Source of the DNA: an uncultured Bacteroides sp.
GTDB lineage: Bacteria; Bacillota; Clostridia; Oscillospirales; Acutalibacteraceae
NCBI GenBank assembly: GCA_964646445.1
Contig: CAZYDW010000005.1
Location: 1,150-65,149, forward strand
DNA length: 64,000 bases
Reading direction: 5' to 3'
Of this stretch, positions 57,559-64,000 are shown in pieces. The notes below the pieces were generated by a model that ran no database searches, was not told where the DNA came from, and saw only the letters and a list, made by a program, of their open reading frames with translations. Made by a program: the position numbers and the translations under genes. How positions within the stretch are numbered: position 1 is the stretch's first letter; each line of letters starts with the position of its first letter.

Positions 57559-58734
57559 GTGTATAAAAAAATTATTTTGTCGTTTTTGCTGATATTATCT
57601 GTATTGGTTACTTTTTTCGGATGCAGTATCCTAAATTATGATGATAAAAGCAATGAAGAGGAATATGTAAAAGCAGTATGGATAACATATTACGAGCTGT
57701 CTGAATTTACGATGGACAGCGATGAAAGCACATTTAAAAAAGCAATAAGCCAAGCCTTTAAAGAGCTTGAAATCAATGGCTTTAACAGGGTAACGGTTCA
57801 GATAAGACCTTATGCCGATGCATTTTACAGGTCATCATATTTCCCGACAAGCGCATATTGCTTCGGTGAACAGGGGAGCGAATTAATTTATGATCCGCTT
57901 GAAATTATGATAAGTGCTGCTCATAAATATAATCTATTTTTTGAAGCCTGGATTAACCCTTACAGAATAAGCACAACAAATGATTTTACAAATCTGTCAA
58001 ACAGCAGCAAGGCTCTTGAATGGAAGGATACGGATAATCTTATTGTCTGCGACAGCGGAATATATTTTAATCCCGCAAGCGCCGAGGCTGAAGAGCTTAT
58101 AATAAACGGGGTCAAGGAAATTGCCGAAAATTATCAGGTTGACGGAATTTGCTTTGATGATTATTTTTATCCGTCTTCAGATAATAACATTGACAAATCA
58201 AGCTATGATGCATATGTAAAAAATAACGGTGAGCTTTCACTTGATGATTTCAGGCGTGATAATGTAAGTCGATTGATAAAGTCGGTTTATTCCGCCGTTA
58301 AGTCTATAAATGAAAACATCACTTTCGGCGTGAGCCCTGCTTCGGATATTGAAAATGACTATTCTGCGCTTTATGCAGATGTCGAGCTTTGGGCAACGAA
58401 TGAAGGCTATGTTGATTATCTTTGCCCACAAATATATTTCGGCTTTTTGAATGAAAATCAGCCGTTTATGAAAACCGCAAAGCTGTGGGAATCAACGGCT
58501 GATTGCAAGCTCTATATAGGTCTGCCACTTTACAAATCGGGTCAGCAGGATGAATTTGCGGGTGACAGCGGGACTAATGAATTTGTCGAAAATAATAATA
58601 TAATCGCAAGACAAATTACATATATTTCAAAGCTTGAAAAAATCGGTGGATTTTATTTGTTTTCATACAGCTCTCTTAAGGATAATGACGAATGCAATAA
58701 TCTTTATTCCGCTATGCAGACATCATTGTCATAA
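57559..58734 (+). CDS. GHL10-like (DUF187/YngK) glycoside hydrolase lipoprotein
   Basis: Lipobox FFGC; KAVWI, DAFYRS, EAWINPYR, FDDYFYP, VDYLCPQIY. Confidence 0.8.
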   Translation: MYKKIILSFLLILSVLVTFFGCSILNYDDKSNEEEYVKAVWITYYELSEFTMDSDESTFKKAISQAFKELEINGFNRVTVQIRPYADAFYRSSYFPTSAYCFGEQGSELIYDPLEIMISAAHKYNLFFEAWINPYRISTTNDFTNLSNSSKALEWKDTDNLIVCDSGIYFNPASAEAEELIINGVKEIAENYQVDGICFDDYFYPSSDNNIDKSSYDAYVKNNGELSLDDFRRDNVSRLIKSVYSAVKSINENITFGVSPASDIENDYSALYADVELWATNEGYVDYLCPQIYFGFLNENQPFMKTAKLWESTADCKLYIGLPLYKSGQQDEFAGDSGTNEFVENNNIIARQITYISKLEKIGGFYLFSYSSLKDNDECNNLYSAMQTSLS

Positions 58735-59987
58735 GAAATAATTCTTACAGTTAAAATTTTGCCGATTAGGTTTTCACGGCTTTTATATCTGACAGGAATA
58801 TAACTCTTAGTATAACCCTGATAGGTGTCATCACCGGTTTTACTTTCAAACAAAACCTCTGCACAGGTACCGATAAGCGCTTCAATTTTATTCTTCCTGA
58901 TTTTTTCACATTCTTCAATCATTAATCTGCTTCTGCGTTCTTTTTCTTTCTTAGGTACATTGTCGCCTTTTTCAGACGCGGCAGTTCCTTCCCTTTCACT
59001 GTAGGGGAAAATATGTACCTTTTCAAACGCAATATCCTTTACAAATTCAAGACTTTCGTTAAAATCCTCAGTGCTTTCATCATTGAAGCCTACCATAACA
59101 TCCGTTGTGAGTGATGAGCCTTCGAATCCGGCGCGAAGCTTATTGCAAAGAGTTTTATATTCGTCAGCGGTATAATGACGATTCATTGATTTTAATGTTT
59201 TAGTACATCCGCTTTGAAGTGATATGTGAAACTGCGGACAGAATTTATCATATTCGGAAAGTCCGTAAATTATTTCATCAGTAATATGGTCCGGCTCAAG
59301 AGAACCGAGTCTTACGCGTTCAATGCCTTTTTGCTCACAGCAAACTTTTACGGCGTCAACGATATTGTAATCTTGGTTTTTTCCGTATGCGGAAAGATTA
59401 ATTCCGACAAGTACAATTTCCTTAATTCCGTTTTCGGCAAGGCATTTAACCTCGCTTTTAAGCTCTTGAATCGGTTTTGAGCGTACCCTGCCCCTTGATT
59501 TGGGAATAATGCAGTATGAGCAGAAACGGTCGCAGCCATCCTCGATTTTAACGAAAGCCCTTATTCTTTTACTGAAATCCGTTATTGAACAAGGCGAAAA
59601 TTCATCGCCGTTTTTATGCTCCTCAATGCAGATAACACGGCTTTTTTGTGAATTGAATTTATTTATGAGCGACAATATATCACCGTCGTTTTTATTTGAA
59701 AAAATTATATCTGCTTCAGTCAGCATAGCTGCCTCATCGGGGAAAGCCTGCGGCATACATCCCGTAAGAATAACCGTTGAATCAGGGTGCTTTCTTTTGA
59801 ATTTCCTGACATTCTGTCTCGTTTTTTGATCAGCAGTCGCGGTTACGGTGCAGGAGTTTATGATATAGTAATCAGCGTTTTCCTGCGGCGATACTATTTC
59901 AAACCCGGCATTTTTCATAAGCTCGCTCATATATTCTGTTTCATATTGATTAACCTTGCACCCGAGAGTATAAAATGCAGCTTTCAT
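58704..59987 (-). CDS. mtaB: tRNA t6A37 methylthiotransferase
   Basis: TLGCKVNQYE, INSCTVT, EDGCDRFCSYC, HISLQSG; start set at ATG 59987 (GGAGGTG SD). Confidence 0.93.
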   Translation of the reverse strand: MKAAFYTLGCKVNQYETEYMSELMKNAGFEIVSPQENADYYIINSCTVTATADQKTRQNVRKFKRKHPDSTVILTGCMPQAFPDEAAMLTEADIIFSNKNDGDILSLINKFNSQKSRVICIEEHKNGDEFSPCSITDFSKRIRAFVKIEDGCDRFCSYCIIPKSRGRVRSKPIQELKSEVKCLAENGIKEIVLVGINLSAYGKNQDYNIVDAVKVCCEQKGIERVRLGSLEPDHITDEIIYGLSEYDKFCPQFHISLQSGCTKTLKSMNRHYTADEYKTLCNKLRAGFEGSSLTTDVMVGFNDESTEDFNESLEFVKDIAFEKVHIFPYSEREGTAASEKGDNVPKKEKERRSRLMIEECEKIRKNKIEALIGTCAEVLFESKTGDDTYQGYTKSYIPVRYKSRENLIGKILTVRIISYDNDVCIAE

Positions 59988-60072
59988 ATTGCACCTCCGA
60001 TTATTATATGAATTATAACAAATTTTTGTTATTTGGGCAATATGGAAATAATAATATTTAGTGGTGATATTT

Positions 60073-61200
60073 ATGAAAAAGGCAATTATATTTGTTTTAT
60101 CCTTTGCGGTATTTATGCTGACACCCGTCACGGCATTTGCTCAGGATGATGAAATAAGTGTAAAATCAAGTATTTTAATGTGTATTGATACGGGTCAGGT
60201 CCTGCTTGAAGAAAATGCTTATGAGCATTTATCGCCTGCTTCTGTAACAAAAATTATGAGTATTCTGCTTTTTCTTGAAGCATTGGACTGCGGTCAGATT
60301 GCGCTTGATGATATGGTTACGGCAAGTGAAAATGCTGTGTCAAAGGGAGGGTCGCAGATTTGGCTTGAGGTTGGTGAGCAGATGAGCGTAAACGATTTGT
60401 TAAAAGCGGTTATTATATCTTCAGCTAATGATGCCTGTACACTTCTCGGCGAATATGTTGCGGGAAGCTCGTCGGGTTTTGTGGATATGATGAATGAAAG
60501 AGCTTCGCAGCTCGGTCTTAAAGACAGTCATTTTGAAAACTGTACCGGCCTTGATGATGAAACGACAAATCACTACTCCTGCGCCTATGATTTGGCGGTT
60601 ATTGCAAAGGAGGTTATGAAATACGATATCGTTACCGAATACTCGACAGTATGGCTTGACAGCTTGAGAAACGGCGAAACAGAGCTTAATAACACCAATA
60701 AGCTTGTTAATACTTACAACGGCATTACAGGGCTTAAAACCGGCACAACCTCCAATGCCGGCTTTTGCCTTTGCGCAACGGCAACCAGAGATAATATGAG
60801 TCTTGTTTCGGTTGTACTCGGCGCCTCAACAAGCGATGACAGATTTCAAAAGTCAACAGAGCTTCTTGACTACGGCTTCGCAAATTACAGACTTGAGAAA
60901 ATTAAAATTGATGAAAGCCGGCTGACGGATGTTAAGGTAAAGCTCGGTACTGAAAAAAGAATAACGCCTTATTTCAGCGGCGAGCAGTCAGTGCTTATAG
61001 GCAAAAATGTCACTGATTTAACATATGAATATAAAATTAAGGATGAGGTACAGGCGCCTGTTAAAAAAGGAGATGCTCTTGCAAATGTAATAATTTGCAG
61101 TGACGGTGAGCAAATAGCGTCAATAACTCTGACGGCAGAAAGGGATATTGATAAAATAAGTTTGGGATATGTATTTAACAAATTGGTAAAATTTTTATAA
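60073..61200 (+). CDS. D-alanyl-D-alanine carboxypeptidase (peptidase S11, DacF-like)
   Basis: SVTK, SAND, GLKTGTT, signal peptide. Confidence 0.9.
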   Translation: MKKAIIFVLSFAVFMLTPVTAFAQDDEISVKSSILMCIDTGQVLLEENAYEHLSPASVTKIMSILLFLEALDCGQIALDDMVTASENAVSKGGSQIWLEVGEQMSVNDLLKAVIISSANDACTLLGEYVAGSSSGFVDMMNERASQLGLKDSHFENCTGLDDETTNHYSCAYDLAVIAKEVMKYDIVTEYSTVWLDSLRNGETELNNTNKLVNTYNGITGLKTGTTSNAGFCLCATATRDNMSLVSVVLGASTSDDRFQKSTELLDYGFANYRLEKIKIDESRLTDVKVKLGTEKRITPYFSGEQSVLIGKNVTDLTYEYKIKDEVQAPVKKGDALANVIICSDGEQIASITLTAERDIDKISLGYVFNKLVKFL

Positions 61201-61308
61201 AAGTATTGAATATTTTGTCAAAATAGTGTACTATAATTCACTAATGAATAATATTTTATTATCAGTCAGTTAATAATATTAAAATGAATTAAAAACGAGG
61301 CGATTATT

Positions 61309-62655
61309 TTGGCAATAAAATTTATTTCAAATCACTGTGAAGGCTTTGTCAGCGCAGACGATATTAAAGCTCTTGAAGGCAAGGCTGTGTCGGCAATGGA
61401 TATGCTGCAAAACGCAACCGGCGAGGGTAATGATTTTCTCGGCTGGCTTACTCTGCCGACCGATTACGATAAGGGCGAATTTAATCGTATAAAAAAAGCA
61501 AGCGAATATATCAGGGAAAATGCCGATGTGTTAATCGTTATCGGTATCGGCGGCTCATATCTTGGCGCAAGGGCTGTTATCGAGGCGCTTACATCTCCAA
61601 ACTATAATTCAATAAAAAAGGATACTCCCGATATATATTTTATCGGCAATTCCATAAGCCCTTCAATGCTTAACGAACTTGTTTCAATTTGTGAGGGCAA
61701 GGATATTTGCGTTAATGTAATCAGCAAAAGCGGAACCACCACGGAGCCTGCAATTGCTTTCAGAGTATTTCGTGAGCTTATTTATAATAAGTACAGCCCT
61801 GACGAAGCTTCCAAAAGAATTTTTGCCACCACCGACAAGGCAAAGGGTACGCTTAAAGAGCTTGCCGATTCAAAAGGCTACGAAACATTTGTTGTGCCTG
61901 ATGATGTCGGCGGCAGATTTTCGGTTCTTACAGCTGTCGGCCTTTTGCCGATTGCAGTTGCAGGTATTGATATTGATGAACTTATGGCAGGTGCAAGGGA
62001 AGCACAAAATTCACTTAACGGTAAAACCGTTGACGAAAATGATGCTCTTAAATATGCCGCTGTAAGAAACGCATTTTACAATAAAGGAAAAAAGCTTGAA
62101 TGCTTTGTTTCATATGAGCCGTGTATGGCGATGTTTAATGAATGGCTTAAGCAGCTCTTTGCCGAGAGCGAAGGCAAAAACGGCAAAGGACTTTTCCCTG
62201 TATCCTGTATTTTTTCAACAGATCTTCATTCGGTCGGCCAGTTTATCCAGGAAAGCGGCGCAAAGCTTATGTTTGAAACCGTTGTAAAGTTTAATAATCC
62301 GAAAGATGATTTTATTATTACAGAACAGGACGGCAACATTGACGGCCTTAATTTCCTTGCGGGCAAATCAATGAGCTATGTCAATGAAAAGGCACGACAG
62401 GGTACTCTGCTTGCACATACGGACGGCGGGGTCGGCAATCTTGTTATTGAATGTGACAGGCTGTCCGCGAAGGAAATAGGTTATCTTATATATTTCTTTG
62501 AAAAATCTTGTGCGATTTCGGGCTATATACTCGGCGTTAATCCGTTTAATCAGCCGGGTGTTGAAAGCTATAAGAAAAATATGTTTGCGCTTCTTGGCAA
62601 GCCCGGCTATGAAAACGAAAAAAATAGTCTTGAAAAACGCCTTGGCATATGTTAA
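61309..62655 (+). CDS. pgi: glucose-6-phosphate isomerase
   Basis: [45 protein letters not shown]. Confidence 0.97.
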   Translation: MAIKFISNHCEGFVSADDIKALEGKAVSAMDMLQNATGEGNDFLGWLTLPTDYDKGEFNRIKKASEYIRENADVLIVIGIGGSYLGARAVIEALTSPNYNSIKKDTPDIYFIGNSISPSMLNELVSICEGKDICVNVISKSGTTTEPAIAFRVFRELIYNKYSPDEASKRIFATTDKAKGTLKELADSKGYETFVVPDDVGGRFSVLTAVGLLPIAVAGIDIDELMAGAREAQNSLNGKTVDENDALKYAAVRNAFYNKGKKLECFVSYEPCMAMFNEWLKQLFAESEGKNGKGLFPVSCIFSTDLHSVGQFIQESGAKLMFETVVKFNNPKDDFIITEQDGNIDGLNFLAGKSMSYVNEKARQGTLLAHTDGGVGNLVIECDRLSAKEIGYLIYFFEKSCAISGYILGVNPFNQPGVESYKKNMFALLGKPGYENEKNSLEKRLGIC

Positions 62656-62692
62656 TATGTAAGTGAACTAAATACCTTGGAGGATTTAAAAT

Positions 62693-63109
62693 ATGATTAA
62701 ACTTATCATTGGCAATAAAGGTTCGGGCAAAACAAAAAAATTAATTGAGCTTGTTGATTCCTGCATTGAAGCGTCTGACGGAAATGTTGTATGCATTGAA
62801 AAGGAGCCGAAGCTTACATATGATGTATCATCCAAAGCAAGACTTCTTGAGACGGAAACATATCTCATTAACGGTCATAAGGCTTTTTACGGCTTTCTTG
62901 CAGGTATATGCGCAGGCAACTATGATGTTACAGATATTCTTGTTGACGCAACATTTAAAATCGTCGGCAGGGAATATGCAAAGCTGCCTCAGTTTTTTGA
63001 AATGCTTTCGCAGCTTTCCGAAGCATCTGATGTGAATTTCTATTTCACAATCAGTTGTGATAAAGAAGATTTGCCCGTTGAAATCTTTGATTACTGTGAA
63101 GAAATTTAA
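62693..63109 (+). CDS. small conserved P-loop protein
   Basis: GNKGSGKT Walker A; GGAGG SD. Confidence 0.8.
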   Translation: MIKLIIGNKGSGKTKKLIELVDSCIEASDGNVVCIEKEPKLTYDVSSKARLLETETYLINGHKAFYGFLAGICAGNYDVTDILVDATFKIVGREYAKLPQFFEMLSQLSEASDVNFYFTISCDKEDLPVEIFDYCEEI

Positions 63110-63124
63110 CTTTTTTTAAATTTT

Positions 63125-63150
63125 AAATGCCTCCGTAATGGGGGCATTTT
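63125..63150 (+). terminator. intrinsic terminator
   Basis: AAATGCCTCC/GGGGGCATTT stem. Confidence 0.6.
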
Positions 63151-63186
63151 CCATTATTAAATTGAACTGTTTTTTAAAATTTTCTA

Positions 63187-63215
63187 TTGACAAAGGGCAA
63201 CCTAATATATATAAT
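63187..63215 (+). promoter_or_regulatory. consensus sigma-A promoter of yceD-rpmF
   Basis: TTGACA-17 nt-TATAAT. Confidence 0.85.
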
Positions 63216-63255
63216 ACTATAAGTGCCGATGCAGTTGGCGCAATGAGGTGCTATT

Positions 63256-63753
63256 ATGAATATTGACCTTAACAGCTTATTTAATAATTCTGACAGCGAA
63301 ATCAAAATAAATCACTGCTTTGATTTCAGTGACTTTGTTTACAGTGTATATAATCCCATTAAAGACGGTGTGGCTGTTAAGGGCAGAATTTATTCAAAGG
63401 CTGATGTTATATACCTTGATATTAATTTGACCTTCGTTTTTTACGGCCTTTGTGACAGATGTGCCGAGGAAGTTAAAAAAACATTTTCTTTTGATGTAAA
63501 AAAAATTATTGTCGATGAGCTTCAAAATGAAAATGACGATGATAATTACATTATAGTAACTAACAGGATACTTGATTTGGGTGCTCTTGTCAGTGAAGAG
63601 GTTTCACTTTCAATCCCCTCAAAAATACTTTGCAAGGACGACTGCAAGGGCTTGTGCCATAAATGCGGCACAAATCTTAATGTCAATAAATGCAACTGCA
63701 AAAAGGATGTTGATTCCCGTATGGAAGCCTTATTGCAGCTGCTTGATGAATAA
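63256..63753 (+). CDS. yceD: YceD/DUF177-family protein
   Basis: CDRC, LCKDDCKGLCHKCGTNLN, directly upstream of rpmF. Confidence 0.9.
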   Translation: MNIDLNSLFNNSDSEIKINHCFDFSDFVYSVYNPIKDGVAVKGRIYSKADVIYLDINLTFVFYGLCDRCAEEVKKTFSFDVKKIIVDELQNENDDDNYIIVTNRILDLGALVSEEVSLSIPSKILCKDDCKGLCHKCGTNLNVNKCNCKKDVDSRMEALLQLLDE

Positions 63754-63786
63754 ATACAATGCTTTTAATATAAGGAGGCTATTAAA

Positions 63787-63969
63787 ATGGCAGTACCAGC
63801 AAGAAAAACATCAAAGGCAAGAAAGAATAAGAGGCGTTCAAGTGTTTGGAAGATGGATGCTCCAACACTTGTAAAATGCTCTAATTGCGGCGGCTATACA
63901 GTTTCACATAAGGTTTGTAAAAACTGTGGTTACTATAACGGTAAAGAAGTTATCGCAAAAGAAGCTTAA
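63787..63969 (+). CDS. rpmF: 50S ribosomal protein L32 (Zn-binding form)
   Basis: [32 protein letters not shown]. Confidence 0.97.
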   Translation: MAVPARKTSKARKNKRRSSVWKMDAPTLVKCSNCGGYTVSHKVCKNCGYYNGKEVIAKEA

Positions 63970-64000
63970 TTTTACATTTATGAGGACGGACAAGCTTTGT

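Noticed and set aside
1-64000. CRISPR array, tRNA/rRNA genes, prophage, intact transposase or integrase
   Set aside because: No regularly spaced repeat-spacer series, cloverleaf/rRNA signatures or mobile-element proteins were seen.

Overview
64 kb of core chromosome from a low-GC, spore-forming clostridial Firmicute (Ruminococcaceae/Oscillospiraceae-like; inferred from gene content and order). Main blocks: a larE-larB-larC nickel-pincer cofactor cluster interrupted by a 1.25 kb AT-rich insert between 16-bp direct repeats; a sulfur/Fe-S block (metY-cysK, nifS-nifU-nadA-mnmA); transporters (heterodimeric ABC, membrane PPase, GPH symporter, CopA); the conserved yloC-remA-gmk-rpoZ-priA-def-fmt-rsmB-rlmN-stp-pknB-rsgA-thiN run; a spore-coat module (unlisted 47-aa Cys-rich sORF, spoVM, SipL-like gene, spoIVA); then mtaB, a DacF-like carboxypeptidase, pgi, yceD and rpmF. 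I saw no tRNA, rRNA, CRISPR array, prophage or intact transposase. The most unusual signal is the regulation of the sulfur genes: four copies of a 17-bp palindromic operator at two promoters, a 20-aa leader peptide ending in Cys-Cys, an overlapping antiterminator/terminator-like pairing, and an ~85-nt element duplicated in front of metY and cysK. That element folds into a hairpin whose loop can pair over the ribosome-binding site, and every substitution between the copies at a paired position preserves pairing. A partial relative of it lies upstream of rsmB. All pairings and alignments were done by eye; no searches were run.
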